From NCBI GenBank assembly GCA_964187785.1, contig OZ076413.1, positions 42,472,001 to 42,536,000 on the forward strand: a stretch of 64,000 nt of DNA. The letters run 5' to 3'. The notes beneath the pieces were generated by a model. The model made no database searches. It saw only the letters and a program-made list of their open reading frames with translations, and was not told the origin of the DNA. Both the position numbers and the translations under genes were made by a program. Shown here one piece after another: positions 47,843-61,191 of the stretch (its first letter is position 1; every line of letters begins with the position of its first letter). The DNA comes from Amphiscolops sp. MND2022. Taxonomy: Eukaryota.

Positions 47843-49335
47843 TGTGATGATCGTCTCCCAGTCTATTTTCGTTTATTATGATAGTTTCATCTAAAGTTTC
47901 ATTCACAAATCTCAGAGGAGTGTATGGTTGTCTTAACTCATTCATCTCTGAAGGCTGGAAGCGATCATCCTCATTTTTGTCTTGTCTATTGCTATATTTG
48001 ATGCGTGTTTCTTGCTGAGTGCCCTGTTTTCTAAATTGGATGGAGCTATCATTCTCGGCATCCTCTTCATCAGATATTGTGCAGCTGTATCTATTCGCTC
48101 TAATTTCTTTGAGTATCTCCTCGAATTTGCTGTTTAGATGTTCTTCAATTTGCGTAATTGTGGTGTTGTTTTGTTCAGTTAGTCTTTGCGAGAATACTTG
48201 TATTTCATTGTTGATTTGTGAGGGTTTTGTTAACTAACTACCTAGATTTCTGTCAAGAATGTTATTAACATTTCCAAAAACATTAATCAAAATCGCGTTA
48301 CCTTGAGTGAGACTTGTATCTGAAGCGTTTCCATCTCTGTCTGAAGACTGAGACTCTATTCTCCTTGAATGTCTATTCTTTCGGTTTCCCATGATGAAAA
48401 CAACTTCTGGTGTGAAAATCTTTGAATTTCAAAGATATTGTTTGAAATGAAAGATTGAAGTTATCTTCACAATGAAAGAAACTGCAATTGTGGAAGTGTT
48501 TGGCTGATTTGAGTGACTGTATTTTGTGTGGGATTTCTGTTGAATGACTGTAGGAAGAAGATGATTTTAAGGGTCCCTCCTTTAATGATTCCATTGGGTG
48601 GTATTTTTAGTAGCATGACCATCACTGTTTTAAAAATCTTTATAACGTCATATTTCGAGGGTCAAAAATTAAAAATACACCATTACATCATGTCCCTAGA
48701 GAATCTAAATATAGCGCTGTGGTAGCGGCGGATAAATGCAGATTAACATCCAAATTATGTTGTTTGACATTATAATTCAGTATATTCAGTTTTATGAAAA
48801 CCGCATAATGCAGTATAAGTTGGTGGTACTGCCTCGCTGGTGTTCAATATGATGTTTCTGAATGTAAACGTCATGCTGCTTTCTTGGAATTACCGCATAT
48901 ACCGTTTCTAAAGTAGATCATCATGCTGTTTCTGTGTGATTTCCGCATATGCTGTTTCTAGGATAGATCATCATGCTGTGTCCGTGTGATTTCCGCATAT
49001 GCTGTTTCTAAGTTAGATCATCATGCTGTTTCTGTGTGATTTCCGGATATGCTGTTTCTAAGTTGGATCATCATGCTGTTTCTGTGTGATTTTCGCATGG
49101 TACAGTATAAAGCATAAGCATCAGTATATATGAGCTCATTATGCTGTTTTACCAAAAATACCGCATATGCTGTTTTATACACACTGCATAATGCAGCATA
49201 AATCACGAATACAAGTACGGATGATTTATTATGCTGTTCTATAAATGAATCAACATACTGTTTCTACAAACTTTCAGCATAATCATGTTACATACGTCCT
49301 ATTGCTCTGCGGAAGGTATAGCTTTGTATACTACA
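47843..49335 (-). mobile_element. Solo-LTR-like sequence of the LTR-encoded-gag type (outer boundary uncertain)
   Basis: Minus strand ends ...gacgatcatcaca. Its decayed ORF EDDRFQPSEMNELRQP..NETLDETIIINEN..DDHH resembles ENDDNPLRASKMKDLRHP..NELNLEDGII..EEDYH at the end of the 62190-63188 LTR. No PBS follows. Confidence 0.55.
48890..49100. repeat. 50-bp minisatellite, about 4 copies
   Basis: tcatgctg recurs at 48921, 48971, 49021 and 49071. Confidence 0.9.
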
Positions 49336-49355
49336 GTTGCCAAAGATAAACATTA

Positions 49356-50379
49356 CAGTGCACAGGCAAGCCTTATTTGCTGAAAGCGCAGCATAGTGCG
49401 TTCAATATCGTGGATTCCAAGACCATACCTTTAACCGTGCAAAATTGGCAAATTACGTCATTTGTCCCGGATTCCACGGATTTAGTCCTGGATTCCAGTA
49501 ACATATGCTTAGCTGTACGAACTGTCGGCATGCAGCGGTGTCCCGGATTCCACAAAAACGTAAGTTTTCCGAAATGAACCAATCAGATTGCAGAAATCGT
49601 AAATTTCCTGGATTCCACGACTTTATGCTGGACGCGATACGCGGCATTTCTTGTTTGAATTAAATTCAAGTGGATGACTGAACAAACATGATATTATGCA
49701 CTACTTTTCGTATATTAATTCAAAATGATTCAGACAATCACACCAATATCACACAAAATTTTTGTATTTTTCAGTTTATTACCAGTTTTGAAAACACTGC
49801 AAGATCATCACAATCTGCCATTATTTGATGACTTGCTTCATTTTTGGTACCAGTCACGAGTATCTCTATTCGTACTTCTTGGATTTTTTGTGTCAATCAA
49901 AACAATTTCCTTTGATATAAAATTGAATTAATTCAAGTTCTTCTGCCTTTCTAATATTGATCATGCAAAATGAATATTATATTACACAAATATTCGTATT
50001 TTCAAGTTTAGTACCGTTTTGAACAAACTGCAAGATCATCACAATCTGCCATTATTTGATGACTTGCTTCATTTTTGGTACCAGTCACGAGTATCTCTAT
50101 TCATACTTCTTGGATTTTTTGTGTCAATCAAAACAATTTCCTTTGATATAAAATTGAATTAATTTAAAATGATTATTCAAAATCAGCGGACCAATCAGAG
50201 AGCAGCGGCAAAAGTGTCATTATAGCAGCAGTGTTGGCGTGGAATCCAGGACAAGCACTGTCGTGGAATCCAAGAAACGCTTAACATCAAAGAGAAATTT
50301 TGTCCTGGATTCCACGACTTTTCTCAATTTTCGTGTCCCGGATTCCACGAAAATCAGCGAAAAGCTTGCCTGTGCACTG
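49356..50379. mobile_element. Tc1/mariner-type non-autonomous element
   Basis: TIR cagtgcacaggcaagc / gcttgcctgtgcactg with TA on both sides; subterminal ggattccacg repeats; internal tandem duplication with ~231-bp period. Confidence 0.85.
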
Positions 50380-51129
50380 TAATGAAGCTAGGAAATAAAA
50401 AAGAGGGTTTGGTTCTGGTCAAATAGCAACATCGTTACCAATAACTACATTATTTGGTTACCAGTTTTCGCTTTTTCTTTTGTTTTGTCAACGATTAATT
50501 TCTTATTATGATTATACAAAGAAAATATCAAACCATGCAAATTAACATCAACGAACACTTTAACTTAAACAATGATAAGACATAGCAACAGGAACAAATA
50601 TTCGAGAACAAGTATCTCAGTTTATGAAAGAGTTTGAATGTTTCAAAGTCTGTGACACTGGAGATGACTATCGCTGGATCTTCGGGTTTCAAAGGCAGGA
50701 AGGAGCAGGTTGAACTGATGATCGATGCCGCACGCCGGACATCTCGCAGGGGAAACCTGGCAAAAAAGCGTCCTAATGAGTTGAACAAGACGCCCGCGGA
50801 CCAGCGGGATATTTTCCGCCCCAAATCATTTGAGCAACAAAATCGTTTTAAGTCCAAAAATCTTTACAAATACATATCGCAAGGAACTAAATTTATGTCA
50901 GTTGAATTCTGTGAATTTACTTTTTCATATTACGTAAACAATAATTCTTGGCAAATTTTGTGAAAAATAAACGTTTGATTTAAATATTTTCCTTTCCAAT
51001 ATGAAATATGGGCGGAAAATAATAAATGCAATTGACTTTTTGACTCAATTTTGATGCCAAAACTAAACTTGTTCGTAAGATCTTATTTTCATGAATAAAA
51101 AATTGAATAAAGGAAATGGTTTCTTTTCA

Positions 51130-51250
51130 ATGCGACAAATTTTCTGACGACGATATTTCTGACGACGAAATTTCAGGATTTCCTAATACGACGAATATTC
51201 CTACGACGAAATTTCTGACGACGAAATTTCTGGCGACGAAATTTCCGCCT
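51130..51250. repeat. Short tandem repeat (gacgacgaaatttct)
   Basis: Several degenerate ~15-bp copies. Confidence 0.75.
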
Positions 51251-51720
51251 CCCTTAACCTAATCAAACCGATAACGGCATAAGTCGGCGCATCGTTTAAG
51301 GCTCAAAAAATAAAAGAACTTCAAACCGTCAAGTATTTTCCTCCACGGTACCCGAAAACGCAAAGAGGTACCCTTTTGGGCCTGAAATTTAGGTTTAAAT
51401 TTACATCGGATTTAACGTCAAAAGTTCGGATACAGCGCAATGTTATGGAATCTCCGCCTCCTCCTTAATGGAGCTCAATTGACTTCGGATATAACGCCAA
51501 ACGTTCTATTATAGCGTGCTGGGGCAAATGGGAGCGCTTTCTTGTGAACTTCCCTCTCGACAATACGCATTTACTTCGGATATAACGTCAAAATTCAAAT
51601 ATAAGTTTTCGAACCTCGAATTGACTGTGGTCTGTGAAATGCCAGTGAAAAAAGGAGAAATTTTGAGCCCCCAACGGCTGCAATGCTGTTCGAAATATGA
51701 AACTAAAATCAATGCAGTTA

Positions 51721-51809
51721 CATGCGAGTCCATACATGGATGCGAGTCCATACATGGATGCGAGTCCAATTTTAGCGGAAAATATCCCAGTGCTTAGCGA
51801 ACGTCTTGT
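51721..51809 (+). repeat. 18-bp tandem repeat plus Helitron-like 3' end, copy 2
   Basis: atgcgagtccatacatgg about 2.5 copies, then ggaaaatatcccagtgcttagcgaacgtcttgt. Confidence 0.55.
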
Positions 51810-52318
51810 TTACATTAAGTGTTATAATCATGTTGATAATCATATTGTTCCATCGCTCAAATGAAGCCAAGCAATAAATTCTTAATCATAAAAAGGTAGT
51901 AGTCAAAGTTTACAATAGAAGTCATTGTGATAAGAACAGATACTGTATATTATGCGATTCCATTTACGGAAGTGTATGAAAAACATGGTACCTATGGTTC
52001 TATGTATAGAATCTCATGTAACTGCATTGATTTTAGTTTCATAGTTGGAACAGCATTGAAACCGCATGGGCTCCAAATTTTTCCTTTTTTCTTTGAGCTT
52101 CAACAGAGCACATTCAATGTTTTTTGACATTAATTTTCTCAAGATCATTTTTCAGTGTTGTTTGTTCATTTTGATTGAGGAAAAATATTGGCAATGACAA
52201 CTGTAAATCTAGTGGACATTTAAACTTCATTTTCATGCAGTTATAAGAGATTTTCGTCCACCAGAGTTATTGTTTCAGCATCCAACAAGTTCTAATCTCA
52301 CATAAAACAAGTGCATAT

Positions 52319-52523
52319 ATGATGGAAATGATATCGGTATCGAATTCCTCGACAACATCAATGAATCCATTGGATGAAGATTCGTCACAATGGATATTTT
52401 CAGATCAAAACATCAACATCCCCTTCGTCGCGTTTCTTCTGGGAGTTCAAATGCTAGGCTTACTCGGAAACATTTTGGTGTTTCTGGTTGCTAGATTCAT
52501 GGTGAGAGTTGAACGAAAACTTG
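52319..52523 (+). CDS. First coding exon of a probable rhodopsin-family GPCR (N-terminus plus TM1)
   Basis: N-glycosylation site NSS, hydrophobic segment ending GLLGNILVFLV, then donor G|gtaagt at 52524. Downstream exons were not identified. Confidence 0.6.
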
Positions 52524-52925
52524 GTAAGTGACTCTTCACAATTAGTCATTCAAATTTCTCAATTCATTTTTGTCTCTCAGAGCACTTTCAAATGATCGAG
52601 CTTACTTTTTGACATGGAGTTTTTTCATTCAAAATTTGTTTAGTGCAGAAAAATAGTTCAGTTTGTATAGGCGTTCATATTTCAATGCGGAACTTAAATC
52701 AAAAAGTGTGCGGCCACAGGATATTGAAAAGTTGAATGAATATCGTACAACTATCAGATCAAAACCCGAAGATTTGCCAAAATTAGAGGAGAAAAAGTTT
52801 CCATAACTCAACTTAAAAGAACATTGGTTTTGACAAAAATTGATGAAAATGAGGTTTCTTTTATCGATGACAGATTTGAAAGAAACTCACGGGTCGTGAA
52901 AGAAAGGGCCTGGAAGTTATCGCCC

Positions 52926-53120
52926 CCCTGGTTGAAAGAAAATGCGTTCCTTGCAAGGATCTTGCAAGATCCTTGTAAAAATGCAATTACTTGTAAGATC
53001 TTGCAAGGAAATTTGTTCCTTGCAAGATCTTGCAAGGAAATTTGTTTCTTGCAAGATCTTGCAAGGTAATTTTTTCCTTGCAAGATCTTGCAAGGTAGTT
53101 TTTTCCTTGCAAGATTTTTC
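52926..53120. repeat. Dispersed CTTGCAAGATCTTGCAAG repeat, copy 2
   Basis: Same start as 22591; tandem palindromic units. Confidence 0.75.
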
Positions 53121-53399
53121 AGAAATGTTGATAACTTGCATGATTTTCCAAAAAAACACGGAACCATGGAAGTGTAAGGAACAAAAAACAAAAATTCTAA
53201 ATTGTCAAAGTTTCAAACTTTTGTTCTCGTGCGTGTCACTTTCCAGAAAACAAGAAATACAAGCCAAGTGGGTACAAACTACGGTCTAAGGAATAAGATC
53301 GAAACTACGATCTAAATGTCATTTTTCGTAACTAAGATTTAGAGAATGCCAGCTCCTGAAAATTCGAGAAACTTTTCACCCTTTGTGAGTAAGCTTTCC

Positions 53400-54600
53400 A
53401 AAAAGAGTATTATCCAAACGCTTGGGAAAATTTGCCATTAAAAAACAATGTTTTCATAGATGCGATGGTTGCTTTTAGATGGTTGGTTGGATTTAGAACC
53501 AAATGTTCTAGCTTGCTTTTATTTTCTACAAAACTGGATACCCTAGAACGAAGAATAATATTAAGCTCAGCGAGCAAAAACGTTTCAATGAATTTTGAAA
53601 AAGCATTCGACTCTCTTGATCGCAATGATTGGCTTCAGAAACTTCATGCTTATGGTTTGATTGATTTTATTGAATTGTTGACTTTTTATTGATAATCATT
53701 TGAGAGATAGAGCGGAACATTCCTTCGGAACTCTTGGTAAAATAACACATGTGTACCCAAGTTACCCTTACACTGACAAGTTTTTTGTCACACAACAGAA
53801 TTCACACTGAATGGTCCACAATACAGAGCTATTCACGTACAAGTTCTAAAGGGTACCCAAAGAAGCTGATGTGTTCCCCTTTGACTATTTTAGAGTTTTA
53901 CGAAAGTCACCCTAGGGTTACTTTGGCGTTTTTTCCGTACTGTGCTACTTTTTTGAGAAGTAAAACATTTCATCAAAAGGTCCATTAATCGTTTTTCATG
54001 TTTTCATCAGAAAAAAAAACGTTTATCGTGTCCAAAGGATTTCTTTTTGGCTTTTCCGGCAAAGCGCGCCTTTTTCGATGGAAATGTTTTGTTTCTTTTG
54101 ATGTTTTCAGTTACAGAAAAAGATTTTCGAGGGCAAAGGGAGCCTTTTTAACTTTTTGTGAATCTGAAATCCATGACAAGTTTATAAATGTCATCCTGAT
54201 GTTTTTAATGAGACGGAACTTTTTGAACCTTGATCGTGGCGCTCACTATAGACGTTCTCGTATTTTTAAAATATATCAATGATTTATCTGATAATGATAG
54301 CAGGTTTTAATCAATTTTCGATGTTCGCCGAAGGCATATCTTTCAGTTAAATCTAGAAATGCTATAAGATCGAATCCAAAAGCAGGTTTTACTTAAAATG
54401 GCGATTTGGTTCACTTCGAAAAGATTGACTCTGAACGCTTCAAAAATGGTGAAGTTCTGAATTAGGAGAATGAGTTACGAAAACATCAATTTTTCCGCTA
54501 ATGATTGCAAAAAAGTGTGCAAAAGCTTGTAATTATTTGGGCCTTCATGCGGATAGTAATATAATTTTCAGATAGAGATCTTATTGTTTACATAGTAAAA
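53400..54600 (+). pseudogene. Highly decayed LINE RT fragment split by an insertion at ~53720-54260
   Basis: NFEKAFDSL..LQKLHAYG (~53590-53660), IYINDL (~54271), LTLNASK (~54425), YLGLH (~54533). Confidence 0.6.
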
Positions 54601-54826
54601 AAAATCAGTTACCTGGTTCATGAACTGACATATTCTCAACCACCGAATTGCTGACTTCTACTGTAATATTACTTGTTCGCAGTACTTACTGCAGCGAAAA
54701 CTAACCGGATGAAATGAGAAAGCACAGCAAATAAATTTTGCCAGTAATCTTGTCAAAATATTTATTGCCCGTTTCAAATCCAACGCTAAGCGATCTGTCT
54801 AAGTATCAGCTGTCCTTTTTAAAAAC

Positions 54827-57800
54827 TGTTACGTAACATTAATGTTACTCAGAAGTCAAACTTGAACTTTGATTGCTTGAACAACGGACTAATGACTCAA
54901 GTTCTAATGCGGTAAAACAGTGTGGACAAATGTGTTATGTAACTCTACTTCTACTTATTCGACGATTTATAAAGATTATCAGGTAATCCCTGTTTTGTTG
55001 TTTCTAGTATTGAATTACAACTATTCTGAAAGTTGGATTTTGTAAACACTAACAGTCCACACGAAACATTCAATACACATTTGTCCAACTGTCACGAAAA
55101 AAGAATGGAAGGGGCTCCTCAAACGTTTTTGGAAAGATCTAGGAGTCTTGCCCTAAGGAACTTCAAAAAAGCAGCTAGTGGCAACGAAACATTCCTGTCT
55201 AGGAACGAACTAGGTAACGAGGAACGCGATGTGTTGTTCCAAGATCTATTCATGTTCGGAATGAATCGGGAGAAAAACACGAAAATTTTGTTCTACAAAA
55301 ACCTGATGCCAGTGAAGAGGATTATGCTTTCATCGATGAGAATGAATTGTTTGTCCAATTCTTTTTGAAGAACAAATTAACTTAGAGCAAAAGAAAATCC
55401 AAAATGAACTTACGCAGAAGCGAAAACAAAATATCGAAAATGCAAAAATTCAAATGACTACACTTTGCTCAAGCTACGAAATGGAAAAGAATCGACTGCA
55501 AAAAATTCTTCTGAGTTTTACAGACGCAGTATTAACAAATGAAAAAGCTTTAAGAGATATTAAACGTGATTTTGAACTCCGAAAGAGAAATGGTTTTGCA
55601 TCACCCTTACGGCTCGACATGCTGAAGCGAACTATTTGGAATTGACCATAATGGCGTGTTTTATTGATTTAGAGCAAAATTCCAATGTACAATTCTACAA
55701 AAAAGTAAACGTCATTCAAGGAAATGAAACAAAATATCCTACGACGGCTAAACATCCATCTACGCATCTGGAGCAAATAAAGTTTCCAGTTTTCAATGGC
55801 AAAACCAAGGACTGGCCTCAGTTCAAGAACGATTTCCAGTCGCAAGTAGTGCTTTTCATAACCGAGGACACAACCAATTGTTATACACTCCGAAACGCGC
55901 TTCCTGAAGATGCAAAAGTTTGGGCTAGAAACATGGACAATTTTGTTGAAATGTGGAAAAGGTCAGTAGAAAAGTATGGTGATGAAGCAAAATTGGTTGA
56001 CATAATTTTTGCATATGTCAAAAATTTCAAACAGATCCAGGATAACGAAAACAAACGTTTGATACAGTTCATTGAAGTCTTGGAAAAAGTAAACTTCGAA
56101 ATGAAAATTCTGGGCAGAGATTCAGAATTACAAAAAACTACGATAGTCAATATCATCGAAGAAAAGCTACCGAATGACTTGTGAAATGGATAGAGCGCAA
56201 ATATTAACAAAACAGCAGAGTTGACAAACTGAATAAAATCCCTGATCTGCTGGAATTATTGTTAGGACGGAAACTGATGTTGGAGCACAGTGAGGAAAAA
56301 CTGAGAAGTACTTCAGAAGCCAACCTCAACGCTAAAATTCACTTGGCTTGCAAACAGAAAGAAGTCCCAAGGTGTCGACCAATGAAAGCAACAACAACAA
56401 CTTGTTTACTTCATACCACAGGTGTACACAACACAAAAAAGTATCGATTGTTTTTGCAAAGGACTGTTGAAGCGCTATAGCTGAAGAAAAGAAAGCTTGT
56501 TTCAACTGCCTGATGATAGGACATACTGGCAGAAATTGTTGGGATAAAGCAGGGTGTCCAAAGAAAGAGTGTGGCAGAAACCATCACAAGCTTTTGCAAG
56601 ATGACTTTTTGGAAGAAAACCAAGATAAGGTAAACTTGTCAGTGAATTGTAACTTAGGTCGTCAATCAGCTTCCTTCAACGATTTCACTTTTCTACAGAT
56701 TATGACAGTAACGTTAGAGAGCAAAACAGTAGCGGGCACTGTGTTAGCTCTATGGGACTCCGTTTCCACTGTTTTTCTCAATTTGAATTCTACAAACAAA
56801 AAAATACGCCTGCCTGTTCGGCCTGCCTCTGTGGTGATGGAAACTATTTTAGTGTGTCTAAAATACAGACCAAATTGTATCAGGTACATGTCAAGGACAA
56901 TGTCGTAACACAATTGGCTTTGAAGCATTCGGCCTTACTGAAACTTAAAGGATTTCTACAATTTTGCATGTAACGTTATACACTTTCCGGAAGAATTTGC
57001 CGAGAACGAGGAAGTTTCAGATAAACTTCAACTGCTATTTGGATTGAATATAGCTCAGTATCATCCGGTACCAGTGGAATCACAAGATAGTTTAGTACTT
57101 TCTAAAAACGTTTTTGGTTTTTGTGTTGGAGGCACATTATCAGATGGACATTGCGATACGTTTCCAAAGGTCAACATAAGTTTTACGGAAGTCAACTTGT
57201 CGGATTTTTGTGGAACTGAAAACATGGGAGTATCTTGCACACCGAAGTGCGGAAACTGTAAATGTGGCAATTGTCTTCTAGGTACAGCGGAATTCTCAAA
57301 TAAAAATCAGAAGGAGATAGAACTGATTGAAAAAGGTTTAAAACTGGAATATTGTGTATGGACAACAACTTATCCTTGGGTCAAAGATCATAAGTAACTT
57401 CCTAACAATAAACTTTTTTGCGGAAAGGCTTTTGATCGGAACCGAGAAAACACTTTTGAAAAATCCAGAGCATGCGAATGTGTATCAAAAACAAATGCAG
57501 GTCATGCTACACAGACAGGTAGCTCGAAAACTTGACCAAAAAGACTTGAACTGAGAAGGGATAGTACACTAAATCACTCATCATGAGGCTCTAAAGGAGG
57601 AACCTTCAACAACTCCATGCAGAATTATTTTCAATGCGTCTGCAAACTATTGCGAAGATAGTTTGAATGACTACTGGGCAAAAAGATCCGATCTTTTCAA
57701 CAATTTGATGGGCGTACTGATCAAGTTTAGACAAGAAGAAATGGGTTATATCGGCGACATACGGAAAGTCTACCATACTCTAAAGATCACAATGCCTGAT

Positions 57801-60255
57801 CAACAGACACACAGATTTCTGTGGAGAGATCTGAATCCAGTGAAAAAACCAGAAGAATTTGCGATGAAAGGGGTGTCCTTCGGAGACAAACCTTCCGCTA
57901 CCATCGTTCAGTTGGCTCTGCGGAAAACTGCAGACTTTGCAACAAATGACAAAAATCAGAGGCAAAAGCAGTATTTATACGTCAACGTATATGGACGACA
58001 TCATCAGCAGCGTCAAAACAAAACACAATAGGCGAAGCTGAACAACAGGCAACATCAATTGATAATATACTCCAGAAAGGTTCATTCCGAAATAAAAAGT
58101 GCTTTTTTTTCAGGTGACAGCGACGGTGAAGTATCATTGATGGGTAGTACTGAGGACCAGAAGGCTAGGGACATGGTATGGGACAATGATAAGGATGTTT
58201 GGAAGTGAAAATTAAAGACCTCGGTAAGAAAGGGAAAAAGTTGGTTTTGAGTGATTTGGAGCAATTAGAGTCAGAAGCTCCGACTTGCTTAACAAGACGT
58301 CAAGTGCTTTGTCAAATGTTTCAGTGTTTGATCCTTTGGGTTTGGTAGCACCGTTCATCTTGAAAGGTAAACTATTGATGCACGAAACCTGGGAAACTGA
58401 CAAAGAGCTCGCTTGGGAGGATAACCTCGCAGCTGATGTTAGTGCATCTTGGTTAGTATTTTTCAAAGAGTTGTTTCAATTGCAAAAGGTTGAGACCAGG
58501 CGTTGCGCCAGATCTAGAGTCACAGCTGTAGGGTCACCAACTCTAGTGTTATTCAGTGACGCATCACAGGTAGCTTTCAGTGCTTGTGGGTACGTTGTAT
58601 GGCATAACAAAGCTGGCAAAAGTTCGGCTATGTTGTTGGCTGCTAAAAGTAGACTGGCACCAACAAAAAGGGTGTCAATAGTACGCTTGGAACTTTGTGG
58701 AGCACTTATGTTGGTTAAATTGAAAAAGTTTTTTTGCAAACATAGCAGGTGGGCGCTTGCAAAGATCATGTACATTGTCGACTCCGAAATTGTGAGAACC
58801 ATGTCACAAAAGGTGCGCGCGTCGGTGAAATACAGACCACTGAAGATCCTCGCGACTTCTACTGGATAGCTGGAGGAAAGAACATAGCGGATCTACTTTC
58901 TAGAGGTTCAACACTCGATAAACTGTTAGAGCACTCCGAATGGCATCAAGGTCCAGAATTCTTGCAATAGCCAGTGCAAGAGTGGCCTTTACAGCAACGG
59001 CAATACCGTTTACAAGATTTACCTTAGTTGATCCAAACTACAACGTTAACAAATGTTTTGCAATTAAATTGCGAAATTGTGGATGCAAAGAAGTTTACCA
59101 GCGTCAGAACATTGAAACGCCTGTTGGCAAGAGTTCAGGGTAAGAGCAACGGCCTGTGTAATCAATCTGCCCAAGTTTTCGAAAAAAGTTGTTAGAGGTT
59201 GCTATGGTTGTCGGCTCTACAACAAGGAGGCAGTGCATTAAATTTAGGGTCACCGCCAGACGAGAAGCTGAAACCATCTTTACCATTCACTAACGTTTGC
59301 TTGGATTTGTTTAGACCAATCAACGTCCGTCAACCGATCTCTAAAACTGACATTGGAAAAGCATACGGAGTTAAATTTACCTGTATGTTCACAAGAGCAA
59401 TTCACCTCGACGTTGCAGCTGAGTACTCTACTAAAACGTTTTTACAGGCTTTCAGAAGGTTTACATTGGTTAGGGGAACTCCCGAAGTTATATTTTCCCA
59501 TTCAAACACACAACTGGTGGGCGCTAATGCTATCATTTAGGCAGCAATGCGAGATACGAATCGCAATTATGCGACAGGGGCTTACGAAGACAATCGTTTG
59601 GAGTTTCCACGGGGCGGAGCACCATGGAGACATAGCTGCGCAGAGTCATTAATAAAAACGGTGAAGAAAAGTTTGTTCTTTACTGTGGGGAGACAAAAAC
59701 ACTCAATTCTAGTTACAAACAGATTTGATTGAGGCGGCCACCAACTTGATCAATTCTCGGCCGATAGGTACACACTCTACTCATCCCAATGATGGCTGCT
59801 ACTTGTCGAAAACGAGATGCTTGAAAAGTCCGCAGGCGGAAGTATCGTCATAGCCCAAGAACGAAATAAACTTGGGCACAGGCTGAGCTTGATGGAAAAT
59901 GTGCTAAATGGATTTTGGAAAAGATGGCAGATGTTGTACATGTATAGCATGGCTCCCTTGAAAATGTGGACCAAGAAACATAGAACTGTTCAAAAGGGTG
60001 ATGTCATTGGACTGAGAGGTCACTGGACTATTGGTAGAGTTAAAGAATGCTACCACGGAAAAGATGGGATGGTCGGCGATGTCGAGGTCGAGATCGTCAA
60101 AGCAAATGGAGCGAAGATAACAGTGTCTAGACCAGTATAAAAACTCTCTAATTTGTACCTATTGAAGAACAATAGCGAGCCCCGGAGTGTTACGTAACAT
60201 TGATGGTACTCAGGAGTCAAACTTGAATTTTCATTGCTTGAACAACTGACTAATA
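54827..60255 (+). mobile_element. BEL/Pao LTR retrotransposon, heavily decayed
   Basis: LTR starts tgttacgtaacatt at 54827 and 60188 (3' LTR truncated at ~60255). Gag FPVFNG..W..F, Cys/His knuckles, PR LWDS, RT FRQEE..GDI..FLWRD..FGDKPS, Pao RNase H VFDPLG/FSDAS/RLEL, integrase TRAIHLD/FRRF..RG, C-terminal FWKRW. Confidence 0.9.
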
Positions 60256-60289
60256 GGATATTTTCCGCGACACGCTTATTGCAAAAAAG

Positions 60290-60400
60290 TATGGCGAAGG
60301 AGAGGATCGAATCCCACAACCTACTGGCTGGGAAACGCGAAAAAATTTGAAGCACTAGCCCGGGTTCGAACGAACCCACGACCTGCTGGCTGGGAAAGCA
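60290..60400 (-). repeat. Tandem degenerate tRNA-derived (SINE-like) segments
   Basis: Two similar units with B-box-like gttcgaaccc / gattcgatcc on the minus strand and a shared ttcccagccag. Confidence 0.4.
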
Positions 60401-61120
60401 ATAAGTGAAGTGCACTTCACTCCATGGAGTGGAGATAAAGTGGAGTTTTGGCAGAATTGAAAAAAAACCGTCACAGATCATGATTTTCCTCCCCCATTTA
60501 TGTGGGCGGAAAATAACAAATACTTATAGCCTGAACATCTTTAGCTACCTATATCATTGCATTGCTTTTGCATTCAATTTAGAAACCTTTTCTTTCCTCT
60601 CCTATTCGGTCCTATTACTAAAATCAAATGTTTGCCGATGTTGAAGGTTCGACTCTCGCCCTTCGTGTACTGTTTGGTTTTTGTGCGCAATTTGCAACAG
60701 CATATACTAATTGAAAAGAAAAAAACAGTGTCCGCTGTAAATTTCCCCCCTTGAAAGTGTTTTTACAACCATACATGATTATCATTTTTTTTTCATTTTA
60801 AGTCATTGATAACCATTGATCGTCAAAAAAATCATAAAAATCCACAACAAACCAAATGAAAGTTTCAATCAAATGGTTAAAACTGGAATTGGTGTGTACA
60901 AAAATTGATGCCTTACCCTAAAAATACAGTTTTCCAGATGTTTTCTAAATGGACTGTGTTCATTACAGACGCTTCTCACCACCGCGTAGCGTCACTCGAA
61001 GATAGTTTTAGATGATAGTTTAGATGGATTTCTCTGAATCAGCTTTTAGATCCGAGGTCCAAATATTTTTGAGACTTTGTATACATAAATTACTTCAATT
61101 TTTATAGCAAGAAAGATATC

Positions 61121-61186
61121 ATTTTCATCAGTGCGTAATTTCAACACAAAGGTACCTTTGTGTTGAAATTACGCACTGATGAAAAT
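61121..61186. repeat. Perfect 66-bp palindrome
   Basis: Centre ggt|acc at 61153/61154; 33-bp arms. Confidence 0.9.
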
Positions 61187-61191
61187 TACGC

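Noticed and set aside
48890..49100. Regular repeats resembling a CRISPR array
   Set aside because: The whole 50-bp unit repeats with no unique spacers and no cas genes; the context is eukaryotic, so this is a minisatellite.
50528..50963. 109-aa ORFs upstream of the GPCR exon
   Set aside because: No recognisable family; cannot be supported as coding from the sequence alone.
52808..53289. Overlapping ORFs on both strands (also 22437-22866)
   Set aside because: Artefacts of the palindromic CTTGCAAG repeat, giving repetitive LQDLAR/CKIL peptides.
60290..60400. Functional tRNA gene
   Set aside because: Only B-box/anticodon-arm-like pieces, duplicated and disrupted; no complete cloverleaf.
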